Assembly: GCA_046050355.1 (NCBI GenBank)
Contig: JBJOPW010000002.1
Coordinates: forward strand, 32,001-96,000
Reading direction: 5' to 3'
Length of the DNA: 64,000 nucleotides
Source: Candidatus Parcubacteria bacterium
Lineage (GTDB): Bacteria; Patescibacteriota; Minisyncoccia; Phycocordibacterales; UBA918
Positions 9,552 through 18,389 of the stretch are shown here, piece after piece (within the stretch, counting starts at the first letter, position 1; each line of letters opens with the position of its first letter). Below the pieces are notes generated by a model. It was given only the letters and a program-made list of their open reading frames with translations. It was not told where the DNA came from and made no database searches. Position numbers and translations under genes: made by a program.

Positions 9552-10312
9552 TCTGGGCAAGGAAGCTTGCCCAGAGATCAACCACAGCGTTCACTATTGC
9601 TATGAACTGTGCGTTTCTCTGAACTACACCATGGGCTAGTGACAGTTTGCACGTCGCTAGCAACTATCAGGTAAGGTCCGGTTCACTATCTAGGCCTGTT
9701 GAGTGGTTAGCTATGCTCCAGTGTACTATGGGTCGAGGTGAAACATCCTCGACAATTTCAGGTTGACTAAGTCTCGGCAAAGCATCCTGTCCTGCAGGTC
9801 GATGGACGTTTGTACATCGACACCCTTTCTCCTTTGTGAGGTAGGGTACTCCAGTCTTTACTTTGCTCGAGTTCGGGTCAGGAGAATCTTCTTCTGACAA
9901 TAATTAGTTACCCTAAAGGGCTCTTACGAGTCGTGCGGTTTGGTGACGTGGCGTTCGCTTGGGTCGGATGACGGAAGTCGTTCGACATATTTCGACTGCG
10001 CTGGCGTGTACCAAGGTTCTGTACGTTAGCGTATTGCACTGTTCGGGCTCAGGGAAAGAATAATCGATTTCTGAGCATCAATACTGTGTGGACCAGTTAT
10101 CAAAGGTCGCGTCTCCTATCGTGTGCTTCGGACCAAGCGAAGATTTTGCTTGGTAAACATCCAGTCAGGTGCTGTAAACACAACTTGGCTAACGTATCGC
10201 TTGTTTTACTTCGGGTCAGAGCAGGTTATCGCTTCTGACAACCTATTGCACTTAGGTGTCCTAGGGTAAGTTGTCCTCAACTCCGGGCCGAGGACTTTCG
10301 TTTGTCCTCGGC
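9552..10312 (+). repeat. Putative guide-RNA array 2: leading hairpin + 9 units of (SY-NNN)n + GG + hairpin
   Basis: Hairpins at 9552-9575, 9635-9661, 9732-9753, 9798-9821, 9877-9898, 9963-9986, 10047-10076, 10132-10154, 10215-10239, 10287-10312; same 5-nt periodicity as array 1. Confidence 0.9.
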
Positions 10313-10331
10313 ACACAATCCTGTCAATAAA

Positions 10332-10709
10332 ATGGAGCAGATCATGCCTCTTAAGCCTGACGGATGGCCACGTGGTGCGACTTCACTCCATGTGTATTCT
10401 CATCCAAAACTGGTGAAGCATTGTACGGTCATTCGAGAAGGATTCAGGTTTGTCTCTCGATTGGTCGATGATGTACGTGTTCTTAAGGTAGATCTTGGTA
10501 AAGTTGGTTATGCACACGGCAGTGAGCCTAAACTTCAGGTGAGAACCGAGAAGTGTAAGATCATTCTGTTGATGCGAGGTCGAATTTCAGCTCAAGTGCT
10601 GACAACAACTATTCGACCAATCATTGCCAATCAACCTGAACAACTTGCTGATCTAATTGAAGATTGGCAACATTGGTGGGAAGAAGAAACCATCAATTCT
10701 GCACCTTGA
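10332..10709 (+). CDS. Hypothetical protein, last gene of the array operon
   Basis: ORF starts just after the last hairpin (ATG 10332 or 10344); followed by two hairpins and a T-run. Confidence 0.6.
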   Translation: MEQIMPLKPDGWPRGATSLHVYSHPKLVKHCTVIREGFRFVSRLVDDVRVLKVDLGKVGYAHGSEPKLQVRTEKCKIILLMRGRISAQVLTTTIRPIIANQPEQLADLIEDWQHWWEEETINSAP

Positions 10710-10710
10710 A

Positions 10711-10762
10711 CTCGGGCCGTTGTGGCCCGAGTCGGTAACCGCCCTGATCGGCGGTTTTATTG
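10711..10762 (+). terminator. Terminator of the array operon
   Basis: CTCGGGCC..GGCCCGAG and ACCGCC..GGCGGT-TTTATT. Confidence 0.65.
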
Positions 10763-10913
10763 ATCTAATTTTTATATAAACTAACTAACTATAGATCAGT
10801 TTATACCCACTAAATCATTGCCATTCTTCTAAAATAAATTAGGTTACCAAATTTAATTATCTTTGGAAGGCACGAGACCCGTCATTTCTGACGGGTCTCG
10901 TGCTAGCACGATT

Positions 10914-11049
10914 TGGCGGAGAGAGAGGGATTCGAAACTTACAGTTTCAGTACAGGTTGTCGATATTTTGGTCCAAGTCTTCCCAAAATATCTGACTAAC
11001 CTTTTCGAATCCCTACGCAAAGTGTCACACACTTTGCTCTCTCTCCGCC
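10914..11049. repeat. tRNA-Ser-associated palindromic element
   Basis: Direct copy of the tRNA-Ser 3' end (10914-10936) plus an inverted, hairpin-interrupted copy (11004-11049). Confidence 0.75.
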
Positions 11050-11088
11050 CAAGAAAATAACCACCTAAACGGTGGTATTTTCAACGCG

Positions 11089-11177
11089 CGGAGAGAGAGG
11101 GATTCGAACCCTCGAGGAGGTCTCCCCCCTGACAGTTTTCAAGACTGTTGCCATCAACCGGACTCGGCCATCTCTCC
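11089..11177 (-). tRNA. tRNA-Ser(TGA)
   Basis: Reverse complement GGAGAGATGGCCGAGT...CAGTC-TTGAAAA-CTG, long variable arm, GGTTCGAATCC. Confidence 0.95.
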
Positions 11178-11212
11178 GTATCTTTCAATGGATGGTACTA
11201 TAACATCTTTTT

Positions 11213-11662
11213 CTACTTATACAAACTCGTTCCGAGATGGTGGGTGGCGTGGCAGTTAGGACAAAGAAGTTCCAGGTTTTTCAAATCATCAGTACCACCC
11301 TTGTACCGTTCAATTTTGTGATGTATTTGGAGTATTGCATAGTTCTTTTCAAGGCACCGTTCACAAATGCCGCCACGCAGTTTCGCCACCTTTTCTTTGA
11401 GGAGGGAACCACGGTAGGCATTATTAAACTGATTTTCTTTGGTATAGCTAATTCCGGCCCGGGCTTTGTTGGCGCAAGTGTGTGAACAGGTGGCTTTATT
11501 ACCCACATATGTTTGTAAACAAATTTTACAAGTCTTTTTAACTTGTTGATTAAAACCAGAACATTGTCGTGAACAAAAGACATTACCGGTAGCGATTTCA
11601 ATCGGACGTCGGTACACTGGTTTTTGACAGATTTTACAAACACAGTTGGGGTTTCTTCTCAT
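11213..11662 (-). CDS. HNH endonuclease with N-terminal Zn-binding CxxC repeats
   Basis: CERC...LQIHH...NLELLCPNCHATHH. Confidence 0.88.
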   Translation of the reverse strand: MRRNPNCVCKICQKPVYRRPIEIATGNVFCSRQCSGFNQQVKKTCKICLQTYVGNKATCSHTCANKARAGISYTKENQFNNAYRGSLLKEKVAKLRGGICERCLEKNYAILQIHHKIERYKGGTDDLKNLELLCPNCHATHHLGTSLYK

Positions 11663-11764
11663 CTGATAATTATATCATCAGGCCAACAATCCAAACTACG
11701 TTGTCCGCATATATTAGGGTATCGCTTCTATGAAAAATTTCCTCCATGCTAAAATAAGATTACT

Positions 11765-12235
11765 ATGAATGAAGTAATGCGGAGCATTACCTGGGAGGCA
11801 CCCGAGCGTGCACGGGGAGATAAAGGCGGTGACTGGTACTTCGCTCTGACAATTTTGACTGTCGCGATAGTTATTGCCGCGATTATTTTTGGTAACTTTT
11901 TGTTTGCGATATTAGCGGGTCTATCCGGTGCTTCACTGGCTGTTGCCGCTTCTCAACCGCCACGAATAATTCGCTATGGAGTAAGTGTTCGTGGGATTAC
12001 AGAAGAAAATAGTACCTATCCATTTACGTCACTTAAAGCGTATAGTATTAATGAAGACGATCCTCGTGGGCCGCAGTTACTCGTTTTGTCTAACAAAAAT
12101 TTTGCACCGATGATCGTGATGCCAATACCAGAAGAGTACATTGATGAAATTGATGATATCTTAGCCGAACGATTACCCGAAGAGGCGCTCGAAGAACCAT
12201 TGTTCAATCGATTGCTCGAGTTGGCCGGCTTTTAG
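11765..12235 (+). CDS. Conserved CPR membrane protein (2 TM + PH-like domain)
   Basis: ITWEAPE...DWYF, TM pair. Confidence 0.7.
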   Translation: MNEVMRSITWEAPERARGDKGGDWYFALTILTVAIVIAAIIFGNFLFAILAGLSGASLAVAASQPPRIIRYGVSVRGITEENSTYPFTSLKAYSINEDDPRGPQLLVLSNKNFAPMIVMPIPEEYIDEIDDILAERLPEEALEEPLFNRLLELAGF

Positions 12236-12292
12236 TGCAACGTGACAAGTGAAAAAGCTTGTGGTACTATGCCACGCACCAGTAATGGTAAT

Positions 12293-12364
12293 GCTCTCAT
12301 AGTTTAATGGATAGAATGCCGGTTTGCGGTACCTGCGATCCAGGTTCGATTCCTGGTGAGAGCA
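12293..12364 (+). tRNA. tRNA-Arg(GCG)
   Basis: GCTCTCA acceptor, anticodon loop TT-GCG-GT, GGTTCGATTCC T arm. Confidence 0.88.
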
Positions 12365-12458
12365 CAGCAGTATAACGAAAGACCATCCATGCGCACATGG
12401 GTGGTCTTTCGTTATAGCAAGCAATTAGTATTGCTTGCGGACTGCTGTGCTGACCGGA

Positions 12459-12562
12459 GCGATGTTTTCTGCTTGGCTAAAGCAGAAAACCGCGAGGTGG
12501 GGTCGAGAACACTTAGTAGATTGGGAACGAAGTGAACCAATATACTTAGTGATTCGTGACCA
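12459..12562 (+). repeat. ~100-nt tRNA-downstream repeat, copy 1
   Basis: Near-identical to the reverse complement of 17288-17391 and to 27391-27465. Confidence 0.85.
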
Positions 12563-12781
12563 CAAACGGTACGAAAAAGCGCACCCTTATGGGTGCCTTT
12601 TTCGTTCGTGCTTTCACAGCAAAGCCTCTCGAGGCTTTGCGTCAGGAATCGAAGCCCGATTGAGAGTAGATTATGAGCTTGTGAAATAATCTAGCCACGA
12701 GCGTGATCGATTCCTGTTGACTTTGAGGCGCATAGTATACTTCCCGTGTTACAATCGACATGTTACAAAATAAAGTATTGT

Positions 12782-13621
12782 ATGATTAAAACCATATCAT
12801 TAGAACGGTTCATTATTATGAGTTTGCTAGCGGCTGGATTTTTGCTTCAGGCAGGTATTGCCGCTGCTGCCACAACTGGCACTTTGCTTCCCACGACTGA
12901 CGGCATCAATGCCAGTTGGACCCCAAAAACTGGCACTACCCACTACACGATGGTGGATGAGACGGCTTGCAATGGCACCACTGATTATGTATCAGAAACT
13001 ACTGTCGGGGAGCGCGATTCATATCAGGTATCATTGGCTTCTGTGCCAGCCAACGCTGAGATTACGAGTATTGCTATTGTGCCGTGCGCCTCTCGCAATA
13101 GTTCGGGTGGTGGTTCGTCAGTAATGGACGTGTTTTATCGCTTCAATGGCGCACAGAGTGCTGACCAAGGTGGCTATGCGCTCACTGGTACCACTCCAAC
13201 AGCCCTTGCAACGACTACTTTTTCTGGTTTGAGCCTAATCAATGCTGCATCGAGCACCCTTGAAGTAGGAGCGGTTTATACTTCAGGTACTAAGGGTGCT
13301 CGCTTGAGTCGTTTGGCTACGGTCATTACTTATACTCCGGCGGTGACGATCCCAACTGCGCCAACCAACTTCTTTGCCTTGGCGACCTCAACCGGTACCA
13401 CTACCGGTGTTTACGCTTTTTGGACTGACAATTCAACCAATGAACAAGGTTTTAAGCTTGAACGTAGTACTGATAACGTGAACTTTAGTCTCGTAACAAC
13501 CACTACTGGTCGCACCTTCCTCGATACTCCGGTTGCGAGTGGTACTTACTACTACCGAGTCTACGCATACAATACTGCTGGTAACTCTAGTTACGCTACA
13601 AGTACTGCCATCGTACCGTAA
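12782..13621 (+). CDS. Secreted Thr-rich protein with C-terminal fibronectin type III domain
   Basis: Signal peptide; PTAPTN..WTDNSTNEQGFKLERS..YYYRVYAYN. Confidence 0.8.
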   Translation: MIKTISLERFIIMSLLAAGFLLQAGIAAAATTGTLLPTTDGINASWTPKTGTTHYTMVDETACNGTTDYVSETTVGERDSYQVSLASVPANAEITSIAIVPCASRNSSGGGSSVMDVFYRFNGAQSADQGGYALTGTTPTALATTTFSGLSLINAASSTLEVGAVYTSGTKGARLSRLATVITYTPAVTIPTAPTNFFALATSTGTTTGVYAFWTDNSTNEQGFKLERSTDNVNFSLVTTTTGRTFLDTPVASGTYYYRVYAYNTAGNSSYATSTAIVP

Positions 13622-13711
13622 GCGAGAACAATATCCAACAAAATGCCACGCCACTGCGCGTGGCTTTTTGTTTTTGCCATTTCACCCTATCTCGCATACA
13701 ATACGACACAT

Positions 13712-14092
13712 ATGCGACTCATGGGTATTGATTACGGCACTAAAAAAGTGGGGATTGCCTTTACGGATGAAAGTGGGAAGATGGCGTTCCCGCATGGAGT
13801 AATACCCAATACACCCAAATTGCTTGATGTTATCACTGGCCTCATTAACGAAAAACGAGTAGGAGCGGTAGTCATCGGTCACTCACTAGATAAAGAAGGG
13901 AAACCTAACACTGTTCAGGCAGCGGTCGAGTCCCTGATGCTTGACCTTACACTAGCGACCGGACTCCCCATCCATCTTGAACCCGAACAGTACTCAACCC
14001 AAGCCGCCTTACAATTACAAGGGAGGACGGCCCAGACTGATGCTTCAGCAGCAGCCCTCATTCTTGATGGATACCTTACTCGTAAAAAATAA
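13712..14092 (+). CDS. ruvX: Holliday junction resolvase-like / pre-16S rRNA nuclease YqgF
   Basis: MGIDYGTKKVGIA..EQYST..DASAAALIL. Confidence 0.9.
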   Translation: MRLMGIDYGTKKVGIAFTDESGKMAFPHGVIPNTPKLLDVITGLINEKRVGAVVIGHSLDKEGKPNTVQAAVESLMLDLTLATGLPIHLEPEQYSTQAALQLQGRTAQTDASAAALILDGYLTRKK

Positions 14093-14102
14093 TCAAACAA
14101 TT

Positions 14103-14435
14103 ATGGAACAAATCACGTATGAAGATTTTGCTAAATTACATATTGGTATTGGTACAATACTGACTGTTGAAATTGTTGAGGGGGCAGATAAATTATTGAA
14201 ACTCGCCGTGGAAGTAGGCGAGGAGAAACCACGACAGATTCTATCTGGTATCAGGGAATATTTTGCAGACCCGCAAGTACTGGTGGGGAAGCAATTTCCG
14301 TTTGTGCTTAATCTGGCTCCCCGGGTGATTCGGGGGTTTGAGAGTCAGGGCATGATACTGGCGGCTAGTTATGAAGACGCATTGGCACTTCTAGCGCCGA
14401 CAATCACCGTAGCACCTGGTACCAAAGTGAAATAG
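14103..14435 (+). CDS. Free-standing tRNA-binding domain (Trbp111/MetRS C-terminal)
   Basis: ITYEDFAKL..ADKLLKL..RQILSGI..NLAPRVIRGFESQGMILA. Confidence 0.9.
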   Translation: MEQITYEDFAKLHIGIGTILTVEIVEGADKLLKLAVEVGEEKPRQILSGIREYFADPQVLVGKQFPFVLNLAPRVIRGFESQGMILAASYEDALALLAPTITVAPGTKVK

Positions 14436-14485
14436 GTGTGGGTTCCGGCAGCGAATTAGACAAAGCACAACGTATAATACAAGTA

Positions 14486-15580
14486 ATGTCTTTTAGTTCG
14501 TTGCTTGCGCAGTATTTGCCACCGCCACAGTTCCTTAAAATGCCAAGTTTAGGGGTTGATATTTCTGATACATCTCTTAAGTACATTCAATTTGGTGAGG
14601 GAAAGAAAAACATGCGCCCGCTCGTAACCTGGGGAGAGATTGATATTCCAAGTGGCATACTTGAACGAGGCTATGTGCATGATCAAAAAAAGCTGACCGA
14701 TGTCTTAAAAGAATGTAAGGCTAAAACCGACGCTACATTTGTACGGGTATCATTGCCTGAAGAGCGTGCCTATTTGTTTGAAACCGAAATAAAGCGATCA
14801 ACACCAACTAAAGAAATTCGTAGCCTACTCGAATTTAGGTTGGAAGAAAATGTTCCGATTCCTGCCCGTGACGCTTTCTTTGATTTTGATATTTTAGCGG
14901 GAGAGACTAATGATAAAACTATACAAGTAGTAGTCGCCGCATATGCCCGCGAGACCATTCTTAATTATTTTGACGCCTGCAATGAAGCGGGTCTCGTGCC
15001 CATTGCCTTTGAAGTAGAAGCGCAGGCGATGGTGCGATCGGTACTACCGACTGGTATGCGAGGGGCGCATATGCTGGTAGATTTTGGAAAGACCCGGACC
15101 GGGGTTGGTATCGTGCTTGATGGAAAGTTGATGTACACCTCAACCATTGATTTTGGCGGCAATCAATTATCCGAAGTGCTCCGGAAAGTTCATGGACAAA
15201 TCACAGAAGGAGAACTGACAACCATTAAAAATACTCAAGGGCTCATTAAGGGGGTACATGACACGAGAAGTTATGACGCGCTCATCTCAACCATGTCGGT
15301 GATTAAAGACGAACTCGCTTCGCGGATACAATATTGGCACAGTAGTGAAAATAAAACCGAGTCACGTCGTATCCAATCAGTCATACTGTGCGGTGGCAGT
15401 TCTAATCTAAAGGGGTTGCCAGAGTATTTTACCGAGACACTTGGTGTACCAACCTCACGGGCGAGTGTGTGGCAAAATGCATTTTCAGTACATAATTATA
15501 TTCCACCTATTAGTATTCGCCATTCCTACGGCTATGCCACTGCTATTGGACTGGCATTACCACCCGATACTTCACTATGA
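14486..15580 (+). CDS. pilM: Type IV pilus assembly protein PilM
   Basis: GVDISDTSLK, VDFGKTRT, ILCGGSSNLKGL, ATAIGLAL (actin-like). Confidence 0.9.
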   Translation: MSFSSLLAQYLPPPQFLKMPSLGVDISDTSLKYIQFGEGKKNMRPLVTWGEIDIPSGILERGYVHDQKKLTDVLKECKAKTDATFVRVSLPEERAYLFETEIKRSTPTKEIRSLLEFRLEENVPIPARDAFFDFDILAGETNDKTIQVVVAAYARETILNYFDACNEAGLVPIAFEVEAQAMVRSVLPTGMRGAHMLVDFGKTRTGVGIVLDGKLMYTSTIDFGGNQLSEVLRKVHGQITEGELTTIKNTQGLIKGVHDTRSYDALISTMSVIKDELASRIQYWHSSENKTESRRIQSVILCGGSSNLKGLPEYFTETLGVPTSRASVWQNAFSVHNYIPPISIRHSYGYATAIGLALPPDTSL

Positions 15581-16113
15581 CCAATCTTATTCCCCCTAGT
15601 GCTGAAAAGCTTGTTATTAAAGAGTACTGGCTCCGGGTGGTGGCAGTCTGGTTATTTTTATTTGGAACTGGCTGTTTGATTGTAGCGAGTCTCCATCTGC
15701 CGACTTACGTATTGGTACGTAACGAGTTGACTGACTTGCGACAGCAGGTAGCAAATAATGCAGCCGAAACAGCCAGTATTGATACCAGCTCAGCCGCCAT
15801 ACAAGTAGCCATGACCGATGCCACTTTACTGCTAACGATGGGCACTAGCAGTGGTCAACATGTAGCAACAATTGAAGCGCTGACTACTATTGCCGGCAGT
15901 GATGTAGCACTGTCTTCGTTCTCACTCACGGTCAATGAAAAAAGTACCCAAATAACTATCACTGGTACCGCACGAACTCGTACCGCTTTGGCGAATTTTC
16001 GTGACGCAATAGAAGCCGATGATCGATTTACTGATGCTATATTGCCAATATCCAGCTTAATTAAAGATCGCAACATTGACTTTACTATGACAGTAACAAG
16101 TAATAACCTATGA
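15577..16113 (+). CDS. pilN: PilN-like protein
   Basis: TNLIP motif, TM, ITGTARTRTALANF. Confidence 0.75.
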   Translation: MTNLIPPSAEKLVIKEYWLRVVAVWLFLFGTGCLIVASLHLPTYVLVRNELTDLRQQVANNAAETASIDTSSAAIQVAMTDATLLLTMGTSSGQHVATIEALTTIAGSDVALSSFSLTVNEKSTQITITGTARTRTALANFRDAIEADDRFTDAILPISSLIKDRNIDFTMTVTSNNL

Positions 16114-16619
16114 CCAAAAAGACTGTCACCACCCTTGGCATTGCTACCCTCTACTTTGCGGTAGTATTGTCCGTGTTGATCTACGCGTATGTGTCAGTCC
16201 ATTCACAAAAGGCTGATGCCCTGGCTTTAGCAACGACACTGGCTGAGCAGACGAGCAAACAATCAATTGCTCGTTCTCTAGCTGCTACCTTTGATGCAAC
16301 GATCGATGTACGCACTGAGATTGCCTCTTATTTTCTTGAGGAAAAAGAAACAATCACCTTCATTGCTGAAATCGAGGCGTTAGCTCAGGCCCTAGGTGTC
16401 AGTATTGAACCGACGGCACTGGATTTTGTTACAACCGAATCAGGAAGGCGAGAGCTCAAAACCGGTTTCGCGGTTAAAGGTACTCGTACGGCCGTCTTAC
16501 AATTCATGAAGGCAATTGAAACAATCCCGTACCATAGTCGGATTGCATCGCTGCAGGTGGTGGGGAATGATAATGAATGGAGCGGGCAGGTTGATCTTTT
16601 TGTTACAATAAAACCATGA
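16110..16619 (+). CDS. pilO: PilO-like protein
   Basis: TM + coiled coil + ferredoxin-like domain; position in operon. Confidence 0.65.
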   Translation: MTKKTVTTLGIATLYFAVVLSVLIYAYVSVHSQKADALALATTLAEQTSKQSIARSLAATFDATIDVRTEIASYFLEEKETITFIAEIEALAQALGVSIEPTALDFVTTESGRRELKTGFAVKGTRTAVLQFMKAIETIPYHSRIASLQVVGNDNEWSGQVDLFVTIKP

Positions 16620-17074
16620 TAGACCAAGCAAAATTACAAACAATCATCACCCGCCTCGTACGGTCATCCTCGGTTGTTGAGCGACCAGCGATGAGTCCGG
16701 CTCGTGAATGGTTCACCGGTATCCTCATTACAATTTGTTTTGTATGTGTTGGTGGAGTAGTGAGTTATTGGTTATATCTTAATACCGTATCGGTAGAAGC
16801 GGAGGTGCAGGATAGTATAACCGCTACTTCATACAAAGGCGCCTTAGTCGAAGAGGCGGTTATGCGTTTTCGTGCCCGGGGCGCTGCTTACGAGCAGATT
16901 CGCGCCCGACAAAACGATCTGCAGCCAGTTGAGGCAATGGCGCCGGTGCCACCAGTAACGACTGAGTCACCAATTACTGAGGTTCCTGCGGACCTTACGC
17001 CAGAACCACAGATACCAACGGTGGAGCCTGCAGAAGAAGCGACAGAGGAGTCTGCACCAACGTTGAGTTTTTAG
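16616..17074 (+). CDS. Single-TM protein with Pro/Glu-rich tail (pilus operon)
   Basis: Translationally coupled to pilO. Confidence 0.6.
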   Translation: MIDQAKLQTIITRLVRSSSVVERPAMSPAREWFTGILITICFVCVGGVVSYWLYLNTVSVEAEVQDSITATSYKGALVEEAVMRFRARGAAYEQIRARQNDLQPVEAMAPVPPVTTESPITEVPADLTPEPQIPTVEPAEEATEESAPTLSF

Positions 17075-17287
17075 TCGAAGTCACCGCACTAAACCACATC
17101 ACTGTTGTGATGTGGTTTAGTGAATTTACTCTGCCCCGGCTTGGAATCGTCCTGACGGTCACCAAGCTAGATTGTTTCGCTTTTGCTCACAATCTAGCAG
17201 GTGCCGCGGGACACGGCTCGCTGGCCCTAAAGGGGACCCCAGCTCCGCCGTTCGATTCCAAGCCGTGCCTACAAATGTTAAATAATT

Positions 17288-17391
17288 TGGTCACGAATCA
17301 CTAAGTATATTGATTCACTCCGTTCTCAATCTACTAAATGTTCGCGACCCCGTCTCGCGGTTTTCTGCTTTGGTCAAGCAGAAAACATCGC
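17288..17391 (-). repeat. ~100-nt tRNA-downstream repeat, copy 2
   Basis: Reverse complement of 12459-12562. Confidence 0.85.
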
Positions 17392-17485
17392 TGCGACTCA
17401 GAGAGAAGTCGAAAGCAATATTAATTGCTTTCTAAACCAAACAAAAGCGCTCGTTTTGAGCGCTTTTGTTTGGTTTTCTTCTCTC

Positions 17486-17557
17486 TGCCCCGGCTTGGAA
17501 TCGAACCAAGAATAACGGCTTAGAAGTCCGCAGTTATATCCATTTAACTACCGGGAC
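17486..17557 (-). tRNA. tRNA-Arg(TCT)
   Basis: Reverse complement GTCCCGGTAGTTAAATGG..GCGGA-CTTCTAA-GCCGT..GGTTCGATTCC. Confidence 0.92.
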
Positions 17558-17651
17558 GCACCCCATCTAACGATGAGGTGAAGACAGCATAGCAAAAAAA
17601 TGGTGAGCCGGAAACTTCGTGAATCGCGCAGTGTTTTGTATACTACAAATT

Positions 17652-18389
17652 ATGCAAGACCGACCGACTATCCTTTTGGTGCAATTCAGACAAACTCCTG
17701 CCGCTGATCTCCTCGAACGCCAGAGTGTTGAACGTGAAGTTTCTCTCTTTGCGACGGTAAAAACTATATGTGGGGTTACCGGCAATGTACTCGAAGCGAT
17801 ACAGGGTGCTGATGGTGTGATACTCGGCGGTTCGGGAGACTATGATTTTGATGGAGCGAGATCGCCCGATGATCCAGTACGGGCACGTACCGAAAATCTG
17901 TTTCGGTCACTTAGTCCAACGCTCGATTACTTATTTACTATCGATAAGCCACTTCTTGGGATTTGTTTTGGACACCAGCTCATGGGTGCCTTTCGGGGTG
18001 CCAATGTCTATCACGACACTAACCAGAGCAAATTAAAGACGCATACCGTGACGCTCCACGATGAAGGACGGAACCACCGCCTGTTTGCAAATATGCCAGT
18101 AACTTTTGATGCACAGTATGGACACAAGGATGTGCTCGCACATATTCCGACGGGTGCGACTTTGCTTGCGCATGGTGGTGAATCCTGTCGGGTGTCAGCG
18201 CTCGCGTATAGTGACAATATTATCTCGACACAATTCCATCCCGAATTATCGCTCGCTGATATGTATGACCGGGTGGCACATATTCCGCACTATTTACCAG
18301 AAGGTACAACCGTTGATGACGTGTTTTTTGATACGCCACACGCGCGGACGATTTTGCATAATTTTGCGAAGGTGGTGGTAGCGGGGTAG
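17652..18389 (+). CDS. Class I glutamine amidotransferase
   Basis: ILGGSG, PLLGICFGHQ, TQFHPE. Confidence 0.9.
   Translation: MQDRPTILLVQFRQTPAADLLERQSVEREVSLFATVKTICGVTGNVLEAIQGADGVILGGSGDYDFDGARSPDDPVRARTENLFRSLSPTLDYLFTIDKPLLGICFGHQLMGAFRGANVYHDTNQSKLKTHTVTLHDEGRNHRLFANMPVTFDAQYGHKDVLAHIPTGATLLAHGGESCRVSALAYSDNIISTQFHPELSLADMYDRVAHIPHYLPEGTTVDDVFFDTPHARTILHNFAKVVVAG

Noticed and set aside
9552-10312. Protein-coding region (ORFs 9151-9663, 9667-9900)
   Set aside because: Short antisense ORFs with no motifs; a period of 5 is incompatible with codon structure.
6561-10312. Self-targets of decoded guides within the window
   Set aside because: A limited check by eye found no match; this needs a gapped computational search, so nothing is claimed.
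10914-10936. Second tRNA-Ser gene
   Set aside because: Only the 3' 23 nt are present; same for the fragments near 17131, 18572, 27253 and 30994.
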